Shown here: one piece after another, positions 18,302-27,794 of the stretch
Position numbering within the stretch: the stretch's first letter is position 1
Layout: every line of letters starts with the position of its first letter
Origin: an uncultured archaeon
Lineage (GTDB): Archaea > Altiarchaeota > Altiarchaeia > IMC4 > SCGC-AAA252-I15
NCBI GenBank assembly: GCA_902384455.1
Contig: CABMCB010000072.1
Location: 1 to 48,653 of the forward strand
DNA length: 48,653 nucleotides
Direction of reading: 5' to 3'
The notes under the pieces: model-generated
Seen by the model: only the letters and a program-made list of their open reading frames with translations
The model's database searches: none
Told to the model about the DNA's origin: nothing
Program-made: the position numbers and the translations under genes

Positions 18302-20125
18302 ATGGACGATAAAGAAATCAACTGGATGGTGGGCGGCGAAGCCGGTCAGGGAATAATGACTTCCGGCGCGATGTTCGCCAAAGCCCTAATGCGCGGCGGC
18401 TACCACGTATGCGACACAGTCGAATACCCCAGCCTCGTGCGCGGCGGAAACAACACTTATACGGTGCGCGCAAGCACACAGAAAATCAACAGCGTAAGGC
18501 AGAACCTTGACGTCCTAATCGCCCTCAACAAGGAGACTATAGAACTCAACCAGCAATTCGTGCAGCAAGGCGGAGTAATAATATGGGACGGAGAATCCAA
18601 ACCCCTTGAAGAATCAGAGAAGAAGCAGAAGGGCGTAGAATACATAAGCGTACCATTCGCAAAAATCACCGCAGACGTAGGCGGACCCGCAGTAACCCAA
18701 AACACGGTCGCGGTAGGCGCAAGCATGGCGGTAATCGACTACGACCTGTCCCTATGCGAAGCAATACTCGCCGAAACGTTCGGAACAAAAAAGAAGGAAG
18801 TCCTCGACATAAACATAAAGGCGATACGCGGCGGATACGACTACGTAAAACAGAATTACCCCCACCTAAAGTTCTCAAACAAAATCAAGGCGGGCGCAAA
18901 CCCCAACCGCATCATAGTAGCAGGAAACGAAGCATGCGGCCTGGGCGCAATAAAAGCCGGCCTAAAACTCTACTGCGCCTACCCGATGACGCCCTCCTCA
19001 AGCATCATGCACTACATAGCAACGCAGGAGAAGCCACACAACCTGGTGCTAAAGCACGCCGAAGACGAAATCGCCGCAGTAATACAGGCGATAGGCGCAT
19101 CATACGCAGGAATACGCGCTGCAACCGGAACAAGCGGCGGAGGATTCGCCCTAATGACCGAAGCAATGGGTCTCGCCGGAATAACCGAAACGCCGATAGT
19201 CGTATTCGAAGTTCAAAGGCCAGGCCCCGCAACAGGCTTACCTACTCACACCGCGCAAGGCGACATAAGGCAGGTGCTGCACGCCGGCCAAGACGAGTCT
19301 CCTCGGGTGCTTCTTGCTCCTGGAGACGTCACTGAGGCGTATGAGTACGCGGCTGAAGCGTTCAACATCGCAGAGAAATACCAGATTCCGGTCATAGTCC
19401 TGTCGGACAAGTACTTGGGCGAAAGCCACTTTTCCGCAGAACCATTCAGCAAAATCCCATACACAGTCGAACGCGGGAAAATAATGTCCGACGAAGAAGC
19501 CGCCAAACAAACAGGCGACTTCGCCCGCTACAAAGACGCCCCAGACCACATAAGCGTCAGAACGCTCCCCGGCCAAAAAGGAGGCATACACCGCGTAACA
19601 AGCTACGAACACGACGAAAACACCTACCCAAGCGAAAACCCCACAGTAAGACAACACATGATGGACAAACGCATGGGCAAAATGGACGCAATCAAAAAAG
19701 GCGTACCCAAACCCAAATGGCACGGCCCCAAAGACGCAGACGTCACCCTCATCGTATGGGGAAGCGTCAAAGGCCCGGTGCTTGACGCGCTGCCAGCCCT
19801 CAAAAAACAAGGAATCACGGCAAACGTCCTACAGATAACGACACTATGGCCTTTCCCAATCGAGGAAGTTAAGGATGCGTTCAAGCACATAAAGAAAAGC
19901 ATAATAATCGAGCAAAACTACTCCTCGCAGCTGACCGGCCTTATGCGCGAAGAAGCAGGGCTTACCCCCGAAATCAAAATCCTAAAATACGACGGACGCC
20001 CATTATACCCTGAAGAAGTGGTGAGGGAAGTTGCGGCCGCAATAAAGAGCAATGAAGCACGCAGAGTCGTGGTTACACACGTGCACCCGAAGGAGGGCGA
20101 CCCGCACCCTGCGGGGGTTCAATGA
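18302..20125 (+). CDS. korA: 2-oxoacid:ferredoxin oxidoreductase alpha subunit (gamma-alpha fusion)
   Basis: GGEAGQGI, YPSLVRGG, AYPMTPSS, EDEIAA, TSGGGF, QRPGPATGLPT. Confidence 0.92.
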   Translation: MDDKEINWMVGGEAGQGIMTSGAMFAKALMRGGYHVCDTVEYPSLVRGGNNTYTVRASTQKINSVRQNLDVLIALNKETIELNQQFVQQGGVIIWDGESKPLEESEKKQKGVEYISVPFAKITADVGGPAVTQNTVAVGASMAVIDYDLSLCEAILAETFGTKKKEVLDINIKAIRGGYDYVKQNYPHLKFSNKIKAGANPNRIIVAGNEACGLGAIKAGLKLYCAYPMTPSSSIMHYIATQEKPHNLVLKHAEDEIAAVIQAIGASYAGIRAATGTSGGGFALMTEAMGLAGITETPIVVFEVQRPGPATGLPTHTAQGDIRQVLHAGQDESPRVLLAPGDVTEAYEYAAEAFNIAEKYQIPVIVLSDKYLGESHFSAEPFSKIPYTVERGKIMSDEEAAKQTGDFARYKDAPDHISVRTLPGQKGGIHRVTSYEHDENTYPSENPTVRQHMMDKRMGKMDAIKKGVPKPKWHGPKDADVTLIVWGSVKGPVLDALPALKKQGITANVLQITTLWPFPIEEVKDAFKHIKKSIIIEQNYSSQLTGLMREEAGLTPEIKILKYDGRPLYPEEVVREVAAAIKSNEARRVVVTHVHPKEGDPHPAGVQ

Positions 20126-20139
20126 GGAGGTAAATAAAG

Positions 20140-20994
20140 ATGGTTACAATGCAAGATCTGGCGACGAAACATAACCCCAACTGGTGCCCCGGATGCGGGG
20201 ACCACGCGATACTGGCGGCACTAAAAGGAGCAATAGTCGACGTAGGGGTGGAGCCCCATAAAATCGCCGCGGTATCCGGCATAGGGTGCGGAAGCAACCT
20301 TCCCGGCTGGCTCAACACTTACGGGTTCATGTCGCTTCACGGAAGAAGCCTGCCTGTCGCCACAGGAATAAAGCTCGCCAACAAAGACCTGACTGTAATC
20401 GCAGTAGGCGGAGACGGAGACGGATTCGGAATAGGATTAGGCCACTTCATACACACCGTCCGAAGAAACATCGACATGACGTACATAACCCAAGACAACC
20501 AAGTATATGGGCTCACCACAGGGCAAACTTCACCCACAAGCGCCAAAGGAATGAAAACCAAGAGCACCCCGATGGGCGTGCTTGAAGAACCCATAAACCC
20601 GCTTGAACTCGCAATAGTGTCCGGCGCAACATACGTGGCAAGAGCGTTCGCAGGAGACGTAGTCCACATGCGAAAACTAATCGCAGACGGAATAAGACAC
20701 AAAGGATTCGCCCTAGTCGACGTATTCCAACCGTGCGTCAGCTTCAATAAAATAAACACATACGACTTCTTCAAGCAAAACGTATACAAACTAGAAGACG
20801 TAGGACACGACCCCGCAGACCGAGAAGCCGCAATGCGAAAAGCATTCCAAAAAGACAAACTACCCATCGGCCTATTCTACAAAACAACCGCACAAACATA
20901 TGAAGACGGCCTTCCTCAGATGGCTCAGTTGCCTCTTGTGAAGCACGACATCAGAAACGTCGACATATCAGTCGCCCTTAAGGAGTTTATGTAG
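20140..20994 (+). CDS. korB: 2-oxoacid:ferredoxin oxidoreductase beta subunit
   Basis: WCPGCGD, SGIGC, HGR, GGDGD...N (TPP motif), YGLTTGQTSPT, QPCVSFN. Confidence 0.92.
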   Translation: MVTMQDLATKHNPNWCPGCGDHAILAALKGAIVDVGVEPHKIAAVSGIGCGSNLPGWLNTYGFMSLHGRSLPVATGIKLANKDLTVIAVGGDGDGFGIGLGHFIHTVRRNIDMTYITQDNQVYGLTTGQTSPTSAKGMKTKSTPMGVLEEPINPLELAIVSGATYVARAFAGDVVHMRKLIADGIRHKGFALVDVFQPCVSFNKINTYDFFKQNVYKLEDVGHDPADREAAMRKAFQKDKLPIGLFYKTTAQTYEDGLPQMAQLPLVKHDIRNVDISVALKEFM

Positions 20995-21056
20995 GAAGGT
21001 TCTTTTATTTCTTCCGTTATTTTCGGTTAGGGGTTTTTGGTGAAGGAGACGACGTG

Positions 21057-21102
21057 TTTTTATATGGGTATTCACTATTGTTAAGAAATTAACAATCCTG
21101 AA
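21057..21102 (+). promoter_or_regulatory. cysK promoter with two operator copies
   Basis: TTTTTATA (21057-21064), then TTCACTATTGTTAA (21071-21084) and TTAACAATCCTGAA (21089-21102) in inverted arrangement. Confidence 0.65.
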
Positions 21103-21114
21103 GAAGGTCTTAAA

Positions 21115-22050
21115 ATGATTTACAACAACGTCCTGGAAACGATAGGAAATACACCGCACGTCCGCCTAAACAAGGTGACAGGCCCCAAAGACGCGGAAGT
21201 AGTGGCTAAACTGGAAAGCAGAAACGCCGCATTCAGCGTCAAAGACAGGATAGCCAAATGCATGATAGAAGAAGCCGAAAAAGAAGGCGTCATCACCAAA
21301 GACACCACAATAATCGAACCCACAAGCGGAAACACAGGAATAGGACTTGCGATGGTGGCGGCAGTCAAAGGATACAAAATAAAACTCGTCATGCCGGAAA
21401 CAATGAGCATGGAACGCCGAAAACTACTCAAGGCGTTCGGCGCAGAAATCATACTAACAGAAGGCCCCAAAGGAATGGGGGGCGCAATAGCCAAAGCCGA
21501 AGAACTTGCGAAGGAAGACAACCACATATGGATTCCCCAGCAGTTCAAAAACAAAGCCAACGTCAAAGCCCACTTTGAAACCACAGGCCCTGAAATACTG
21601 CGGGAAGTAGGGAAACTGGATGCATTCGTCGCAGGAGTAGGGACAGGCGGAACAGTCAGCGGCGTGGGGAAATACCTAAAGCAAAAAATCCCCAACATAA
21701 AAATCATAGCAGTAGAACCAGCAACAAGCCCCGTACTATCCGGAGGACAACCCGGTCCACACAAGATACAGGGCATAGGCGCAGGATTCGTCCCCGAAAT
21801 ATTCGACCGCCAAGTAATCGACGAAATAATGCCTGTAGCCAGCGAAGACGCATTCAAAACGTCAGCACTGCTTGCCAGAAAAGAAGGGTTACTCGTGGGA
21901 ATAAGCGCAGGCGCAAACGCATACGCCGCACTTAAAGTCGCCAAAAAAATAGGCCACGGAAAACGCGTCGTAGTCGTACTCCCCGACACGGGCGAACGCT
22001 ACCTGTCCACACCGCTCTACGACGAATTCTTAGATGAGCCTGTGATATAA
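21115..22050 (+). CDS. cysK: Cysteine synthase A (O-acetylserine sulfhydrylase)
   Basis: SVKDRIA (PLP Lys), [32 protein letters not shown]. Confidence 0.95.
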   Translation: MIYNNVLETIGNTPHVRLNKVTGPKDAEVVAKLESRNAAFSVKDRIAKCMIEEAEKEGVITKDTTIIEPTSGNTGIGLAMVAAVKGYKIKLVMPETMSMERRKLLKAFGAEIILTEGPKGMGGAIAKAEELAKEDNHIWIPQQFKNKANVKAHFETTGPEILREVGKLDAFVAGVGTGGTVSGVGKYLKQKIPNIKIIAVEPATSPVLSGGQPGPHKIQGIGAGFVPEIFDRQVIDEIMPVASEDAFKTSALLARKEGLLVGISAGANAYAALKVAKKIGHGKRVVVVLPDTGERYLSTPLYDEFLDEPVI

Positions 22051-22057
22051 TTAACCG

Positions 22058-22684
22058 ATGCTTGACACCCTAAGGACCGCATACAGGAAAGACCCCGCCC
22101 TCAAAGGAGGAATAAACGCGCTCGAAGTCTTCCTGTACCCCGGAGTCCAAGCAATATGGGCCCACCGCGTCGCCCACGCACTCCACACGCTTAAAGTCCC
22201 TTTTCTGCCCCGCCTCATAAGCCAAACAAGCCGCATACTAACTCAAATAGAAATCCACCCTGCCGCGCAAATAGGAAAACGATTCTTCATAGACCACGGC
22301 GCAGGAGTAGTCATAGGCGAAACAACCGTCATAGGAGACGACGTAATGATGTACCACGGCGTCACGCTTGGCGGCCACGGCTGGTGGACTGACGCTAAAG
22401 GAAGCAAACGCCACCCCACAATAGAAGACGGCGTAGTCATAGGAGTCGGCGCCACAATACTCGGGCCAGTAACAATCGGGAAAAACAGCCGCATAGGAGC
22501 AAATAGCCTGGTAATCAAAGACGTCCCAAAAAACAGCACCATCGTAAGCAACCTAGCCAACTACCTAATCAAAGAAGGCAAACCGGTAGCGGAAAAAGAC
22601 CAAACCAAACCCACAGTCCCAGACGCAGCATGGTTCGGCGACCGCGACAAACCCAAAAAAGAAGGGCCCGAATACTCAATCTGA
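22058..22684 (+). CDS. cysE: Serine O-acetyltransferase
   Basis: [40 protein letters not shown], hexapeptide repeats; ends EYSI. Confidence 0.92.
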   Translation: MLDTLRTAYRKDPALKGGINALEVFLYPGVQAIWAHRVAHALHTLKVPFLPRLISQTSRILTQIEIHPAAQIGKRFFIDHGAGVVIGETTVIGDDVMMYHGVTLGGHGWWTDAKGSKRHPTIEDGVVIGVGATILGPVTIGKNSRIGANSLVIKDVPKNSTIVSNLANYLIKEGKPVAEKDQTKPTVPDAAWFGDRDKPKKEGPEYSI

Positions 22685-22695
22685 ACGTTGAATGC

Positions 22696-23331
22696 TTAAC
22701 CACTCAGTTTTTTGCCGAAGTATGCGGCGATTATGAATGTTGCTGCGAGGTATATGATTAATCCTTTGTAGTCTGCGGGCGGTTTGGGCGGTGCGTCTAA
22801 CGTCAGGTTGTATCCTCCGAATTCGTCGTCTCTGTCTATGAAGCGCATTTCCTCCTTACTGCATTGTATTCCGACTAAAGTGAAGTTGTTTTCCTTAAGC
22901 AGTTTTCTGTCGTCGTCTGAAGGGGTGCAGCATCTGCTGCACGGACGCGTGATAAGCATGGCGTTGGTTTTACAGTCGGACGCATTGAAAGTCAAGTCCA
23001 TTGAAGGACACGTGGCATTGAAAGACGGCGGAAACACCGCCGAATCAATCATGTACGCTATGCCCTTGTCTGTCGCATTAAGGCAGATTCCCCGAGTACT
23101 ATAACGCATAATGTTGCGGCCTTCTTCTGCGGTGCTGTTGCGCCAAAGCTGGTTGAGCGCTGAGAGTATCTCCGGCTGGGCGCGAACCGTCTTACTGGGG
23201 TTCACCGCCGAATTGTTGCAGGACCGTGTGGCATTAAAGCAAGCGTAATCGCAGTCTGAAATAGGCAGTGAAATGCACAGGCTTACGGCGGCAACGCAGG
23301 CAGCCACAAGGATTATTACCGTCCGATTCAC
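22696..23331 (-). CDS. Secreted, C-terminally anchored Cys-rich protein with degenerate JAB/MPN-like domain
   Basis: Signal peptide, C-terminal TM, GICL...LITRP..CCTPSDDD...GIQC pattern. Confidence 0.6.
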   Translation of the reverse strand: MNRTVIILVAACVAAVSLCISLPISDCDYACFNATRSCNNSAVNPSKTVRAQPEILSALNQLWRNSTAEEGRNIMRYSTRGICLNATDKGIAYMIDSAVFPPSFNATCPSMDLTFNASDCKTNAMLITRPCSRCCTPSDDDRKLLKENNFTLVGIQCSKEEMRFIDRDDEFGGYNLTLDAPPKPPADYKGLIIYLAATFIIAAYFGKKLSG

Positions 23332-24737
23332 TTTCCAAGTCTCTCCCAGCTGGTACTGCCGTCCTTACCGTCAATAAGCCTGATACCCTGCCCAAGAAGA
23401 GTGTCTCTAATGGCGTCGGACTCGGCCCACTTCTTCTGCTTCCTAAGCAGGTTGCGTTTCTCTATCAAATCCGCCACATCCTCGCCCACCTCGCCCTCGT
23501 CAAGAGAAAGATTAAGGCCGAATACGTTTTCCGTGTCTTCGACGGCTTTTAGGGCTTTTTTGAGGGCGTTTTTTGATGCTGGTGCTTCGTCGAGCAGAGT
23601 GTTTGCGTCGCGTATGTAGTCGTAGAATGCTGCGAGCGCTTCTGGGGTTGCGAAGTCGGACTCCATCGCTTCGTTGAAGGCCGTTGTGAACGCGCTGGTG
23701 CGTTCAATGAGTTTTTCGTCGTTGCCGTCTGACGCCTTCTCGTCTTTTTCTGCGAGAGTGAGGCGTTTCTTGAAGTTTGTTAGGCGTTTGAGGCTTTCTT
23801 TTAGGCCGTCGAGTTTTTCGGGGGTGAAGTCTACTGGTTGGCGGTAGTGGTTTCCTATTACGAATAGGCGGAAGACTTGTGGGTCGTATTTCTTGAGTAG
23901 TTCTTCTACTGTGAGGAAGTTGCCCAGGCTTTTGCTCATTTTTTCTCCGCCTATGTTTAGGAAGCCCGTGTGCAGCCAGTATTTGACGAAGGGGTGTTCG
24001 CCTGTTGCGGCTTCGCTTTGGGCGATTTCGTTTTCGTGGTGGGGGAAAATCAGGTCTACTGCGCCGCCGTGTATGTCTATTTTGCCTCCCAGAAGGTCAG
24101 TGCTCATTGCGGAGCATTCGATGTGCCAGCCGGGACGTCCTTTGCCCCAGGGGCTGTCCCAGCTTATTTCGCCTTCTTTGGCGGCTTTCCATAGTGCGAA
24201 GTCGCCGGGGTTGCGTTTTTTTGGGTTGGGTTCTACGCGGTGTTTCTGGAGTTCCTCGCGGTTTTGCTTGGAGAGGTTTCCGTACTGCGGGAAGCTTTCG
24301 ACGTCGAAGTAGACGTCGCCTTCAAGCGCGTATGCGTGCCCTTTTTTTATGAGTGTTTCAGTGAGCGCTATTATCTGGGGGATGTACTGGCTGGCTTTGG
24401 GGTAGTGGTCTGCGCGGCGTATGCCCAGTGCGTCTTGGTCGGATAGCGCGTGTTTTGCGTACTCCTCAGAAAGCGTTAAAGGCGGAATGTTGCGTTCATG
24501 ACCCCTCTTGATGATTTTGTCGTCGACGTCCGTGACGTTTTGCACGCAAGTCACCTTGTAGCCCCGCTGCATCAGGTACCGCCGTATGACGTCGAAGGCG
24601 ATGTATGTGCGGGCGTGGCCTATGTGCATCCTGTCGTATACCGTGATGCCGCACACGTACATCTTGACTTCATTCTTGTGGTTGGGCTGGAAGTCTTCGA
24701 CGGTTCTAGACAGCGTGTTGTAGACGCGCGGTGCCAT
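23328..24737 (-). CDS. cysS: Cysteinyl-tRNA synthetase
   Basis: YVCGITVY, HIGH, GRPGWHIECS, FPHHENE, KMSKS. Confidence 0.96.
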   Translation of the reverse strand: MAPRVYNTLSRTVEDFQPNHKNEVKMYVCGITVYDRMHIGHARTYIAFDVIRRYLMQRGYKVTCVQNVTDVDDKIIKRGHERNIPPLTLSEEYAKHALSDQDALGIRRADHYPKASQYIPQIIALTETLIKKGHAYALEGDVYFDVESFPQYGNLSKQNREELQKHRVEPNPKKRNPGDFALWKAAKEGEISWDSPWGKGRPGWHIECSAMSTDLLGGKIDIHGGAVDLIFPHHENEIAQSEAATGEHPFVKYWLHTGFLNIGGEKMSKSLGNFLTVEELLKKYDPQVFRLFVIGNHYRQPVDFTPEKLDGLKESLKRLTNFKKRLTLAEKDEKASDGNDEKLIERTSAFTTAFNEAMESDFATPEALAAFYDYIRDANTLLDEAPASKNALKKALKAVEDTENVFGLNLSLDEGEVGEDVADLIEKRNLLRKQKKWAESDAIRDTLLGQGIRLIDGKDGSTSWERLGK

Positions 24738-24778
24738 AGCTTAAAGAGATAGGAGAGACGGTTAAAAGAGCGTCATAG

Positions 24779-25291
24779 TCACTCCGGAGTGGCAACTTTG
24801 TACAGCGGCCTTTGGTCGACTATTTCTATTGTGAAGTCTCCCATTGCGTCTATGGATTTCTGGATGTCTGTTCCAGGCTTGAATATTATGTATCCTGCGT
24901 GCGTGGGGTCGTTGAATGTTATGGCTACTTGATACACGCCGGGTATGCGTCCTCTCTGGATTTTCTGGCCGAAGCTTCTTTCTTGGCCGTATCCGTAGAC
25001 GCAGATGTATGCTTTCCATGAGTCTTTGGGGTATGTGGATGTTTCTTCCCAGATTTGAGGTTCTTCGTTTATGCCTTCAACCTTCCATTTGCATTGGCCT
25101 GGGGGTAGTGTGGTTGTTGTTGTCGTGGTGGTTGTTGTGGTTGTTGTCGTGTGGGGTTCAAAGAAACTCATGCTTTGTTTTAATGAGGCTCTGTCCACCA
25201 CCCACCATACAGCGGCTCCTCCGATAAGAAGGGTGCCAAGCATTATGAACACTGAGGCGACTGCCACAAGCTTCTTGGTGGTTGAAACCAT
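24779..25291 (-). CDS. Membrane-anchored hypothetical protein with Thr linker
   Basis: N-terminal TM, poly-Thr run, small extracellular domain with two Cys. Confidence 0.6.
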   Translation of the reverse strand: MVSTTKKLVAVASVFIMLGTLLIGGAAVWWVVDRASLKQSMSFFEPHTTTTTTTTTTTTTTLPPGQCKWKVEGINEEPQIWEETSTYPKDSWKAYICVYGYGQERSFGQKIQRGRIPGVYQVAITFNDPTHAGYIIFKPGTDIQKSIDAMGDFTIEIVDQRPLYKVATPE

Positions 25292-25332
25292 TGTGTACTA
25301 ACTTATGAGGGGCCCTATTAATAGTTCCTGAA

Positions 25333-26148
25333 TTAGGCCGTGCGTGAAACCAGCTTCACGTTAAACATGAATGTTATGCCTGCGTAGGGGCTGTTGTAGT
25401 CCACTATCATGTGGGTTCTGTTGACTGCGGTGACCCTGCCGTCGCCTGAAGACGTAGTAACAGGCGAGCCAACGGGCAGAACAGGCAGATTCACGTAAAC
25501 ATACATGTTGTCTGCGGTTACGTTAGCCGCTCCGAAAGGCGTTGAAATGGTCGCATTGGCGCCGGGATCATGCCTCAAAGTCACTGTTCCGTTGCTTACA
25601 GCCACAACTGTCATAGGCCACCCGTCAGGTCCGTCTGTTGCGTCCCCCACGGCGGGTGCGCGAGAAGTCACGCTCTCGTATGCTGCGGCGGTCGTATTCT
25701 GGAAGCGAGGACTCGGCTGGCTCAAAAGCACGGCCTCAACCTTGGATTTACTTACTGTTCCATAAGCCTTTTCAGGGGGGACGGTGACGTTCTTGTCCTG
25801 CCCCACCTGCATTCCTACGACTGCTTCGTCAAGTCCGTCGATTACGTACCTTTCGCCGACGATGAAAGCAAGCGGCTTGTAAGTGCGGCCGGAATCATAT
25901 ATGCCGTTTTGGCGTGCCACCGACTCTATCGTGGTGTCTGCTATGCTGCCGTTAATGAAGTAGCCGATGAAGTCTATGGAAACTGAATCTCCCTTCTTAG
26001 TTTTGCCGTCGTCGGGTGCGGGCGGCGCAGTCGTAGTAGTAAAGACGTTTACTGGTGTGGACTCTCCCGTCTGACGGGGAGTTGCGGCGTATATTATGAC
26101 CGCCAGCACAACAGCGGCGGCAATCAAAATAACATGTGAATTTTTCAT
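25333..26148 (-). CDS. Membrane-anchored FKBP-type peptidyl-prolyl isomerase (archaeal long flap insert)
   Basis: KKGDSVSIDFIG...DTT, VIDGLDEAVVGMQVG, VPPEKAYG, VDYNSPYAG; N-terminal TM; ATG at 26148. Confidence 0.85.
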   Translation of the reverse strand: MKNSHVILIAAAVVLAVIIYAATPRQTGESTPVNVFTTTTAPPAPDDGKTKKGDSVSIDFIGYFINGSIADTTIESVARQNGIYDSGRTYKPLAFIVGERYVIDGLDEAVVGMQVGQDKNVTVPPEKAYGTVSKSKVEAVLLSQPSPRFQNTTAAAYESVTSRAPAVGDATDGPDGWPMTVVAVSNGTVTLRHDPGANATISTPFGAANVTADNMYVYVNLPVLPVGSPVTTSSGDGRVTAVNRTHMIVDYNSPYAGITFMFNVKLVSRTA

Positions 26149-26176
26149 TTTGTATGGAAGCAATAGGGGCCTCCAT

Positions 26177-26262
26177 CTTATAAACCCCATTTGTTTCATC
26201 CAAGAAGCCCGACGTTTCACATTCTGAAACGCCTGTTTCAACAAACATCTTAGCTGGTTTCA
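26177..26262 (+). promoter_or_regulatory. TATA box followed by a phased GTTTCA array
   Basis: CTTATAAA at 26177; GTTTCA at 26193, 26214, 26235 and 26257; CGTTTCA-N5-TGAAACG palindrome at 26213-26231. Confidence 0.65.
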
Positions 26263-26302
26263 ACCCAAGACTCCTACAACGGGCAAACGCCCTAAACAAA
26301 AA

Positions 26303-27079
26303 ATGAAAACAACATGGAAGATAGCCGGTGGGTTGCTCACGGTCGCATTCTTGGCTGCCGCAGCATCCGCCTACTGGAACGTAAACCCCAATCGGGGATG
26401 GAAGAACGCAGACTTAGGCGGAGGAATGATGTGGCTTGACAACTTAGGCAACATCTCAGACAGGCCTCACGGCCAAGGCATGATGAGGCAAAACCCGGGC
26501 AACGACTCCAACTGGTCTAACGGATTGGGTCTGATGAAGCGCTTCGGCAACGAATCTAACTGGCCTAGAGGAATGGGTCCAATGAGGAACGCATTCGAAA
26601 ACGAGTCAGAAAGACCGAAAGGAAACTCAACCTGGCCTCATATCGCGTGCGAAGCATACTTGGCGCTGCAAACCGCTCTTGAGAACGGCGACTACGGAAC
26701 GTGGCTGAACGTAACACAAACGTACGGCCTCAAAAACCGGAACATGAGTGAACAGCAGTTTGAAGCGCACTCAACAATGCACAACGCGCTCGAGTCCGGA
26801 GACTACGGCGCTTGGGCTGCGGCAAGAGAAGACTTAGGACTTCCCGCCCTCCCTGAAGACGTCTACGATAAGATGCGCGAGCGCCATGAGCAGATGGATG
26901 CATACCTAAACGAAAGCAACGGCACATGCCCCAACTTAATCGGGCCTGTTAAGGCTGTTGCCGGCGGATTCCGTCAGGGATTCAAGAACGGGTTTAAGGA
27001 CGGTTTTATGAGCGGATTTAATATGGGGCGAGGAAACTGCCAGCGAAGGCAAACAGCCGAGGACGCGCAAAACGCGTAA
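26303..27079 (+). CDS. Secreted Met/Gly/Asn-rich repeat protein
   Basis: Signal peptide; repeats of NxSNW..GMG.M, two ALExGDYG.W units, GF..GF..GF tail. Confidence 0.7.
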   Translation: MKTTWKIAGGLLTVAFLAAAASAYWNVNPNRGWKNADLGGGMMWLDNLGNISDRPHGQGMMRQNPGNDSNWSNGLGLMKRFGNESNWPRGMGPMRNAFENESERPKGNSTWPHIACEAYLALQTALENGDYGTWLNVTQTYGLKNRNMSEQQFEAHSTMHNALESGDYGAWAAAREDLGLPALPEDVYDKMRERHEQMDAYLNESNGTCPNLIGPVKAVAGGFRQGFKNGFKDGFMSGFNMGRGNCQRRQTAEDAQNA

Positions 27080-27107
27080 TTTCCCCCTTTTTTTCCTTTC
27101 TTTTTCA
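27080..27107 (+). terminator. Oligo-T terminator
   Basis: TTTCCCCCTTTTTTTCCTTTCTTTTT directly after the stop codon. Confidence 0.45.
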
Positions 27108-27122
27108 CATTGATTATGGAAA

Positions 27123-27371
27123 ATGGCACAAGGAGTACCTTTTGCGGTTGGGAGCAGACTGGCGCACCCCATGATGTACCAACAGCCGATTTTGTTTAAC
27201 GTGTTTTTAGTCCTCCTGTTCATTTTGGCTTTCGTCGCAATACTATACTGGCTCTTCAAAAGTTCACGTCCGACGCCGTCGAACCCTCTGGAAATAGCCA
27301 AAATAAGGTACGCTAAAGGGGAATTAACCCGCGAAGAGTACCTGCACCTAAAAAAAGAACTGGAGACTTAA
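27123..27371 (+). CDS. SHOCT-domain membrane protein
   Basis: Single TM, then PLEIAKIRYAKGELTREEY...KKEL SHOCT motif. Confidence 0.85.
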   Translation: MAQGVPFAVGSRLAHPMMYQQPILFNVFLVLLFILAFVAILYWLFKSSRPTPSNPLEIAKIRYAKGELTREEYLHLKKELET

Positions 27372-27374
27372 CGC

Positions 27375-27785
27375 ATGGAAGTATCGGAAAAACGCCTACT
27401 AATAGCCATATTCGCAGTATTCCTGCTTGGCATACTATTCTCCATAGTCAACGGCCTATACACGGAGGAAACTGGCGAACCAATACCTTTGATTGTGTAC
27501 GGGCTGGCGGCATTAAGTTTGGGTGTCGGCGCCTTCCTAGTGCTTCTGTTCCAGTGGCGCATAAGCCAGGCGCAGATGCTCCACGTCCTTAAGGCGCTGC
27601 CCTCCGACGAAAGGAAAATACTGGAGGTTCTGGTGAAGGAAAAGCGGATAGAACAAAGCTACCTAGTCGCAATGACCGGCCTGTCAAAAGTCCGCGTAAG
27701 CCGGACGCTCTCGCGGCTAGAAGGCAGAGGAATACTCGAGAAAAAGCAGCTAGGGAACACGAACCTCGTGGTACTAAAAATATAG
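27375..27785 (+). CDS. Membrane-bound wHTH regulator (COG2512-like)
   Basis: Two TM helices, then LPSDERKILEVL...IEQSYLVAMTGLSKVRVSRTLSRLEGRGILEKKQLGNTN. Confidence 0.85.
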   Translation: MEVSEKRLLIAIFAVFLLGILFSIVNGLYTEETGEPIPLIVYGLAALSLGVGAFLVLLFQWRISQAQMLHVLKALPSDERKILEVLVKEKRIEQSYLVAMTGLSKVRVSRTLSRLEGRGILEKKQLGNTNLVVLKI

Positions 27786-27794
27786 TCTCAAAAA

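Noticed and set aside
21120-21989. 289-aa minus-strand ORF and many similar antisense or off-frame ORFs (e.g. 6181-6870, 37854-38516)
   Set aside because: They overlap well-supported genes; T-poor skewed coding strands suppress stop codons in other frames
25108-25152. (GTT/GTG/GTC)n tandem repeat
   Set aside because: Encodes the poly-Thr linker of a surface protein; likewise 30220-30420
26193-26262. Mini CRISPR array (GTTTCA...TGAAAC resembles repeat ends)
   Set aside because: The period is only 21-22 bp with 6-bp identity, there are no spacers, and no cas genes are present
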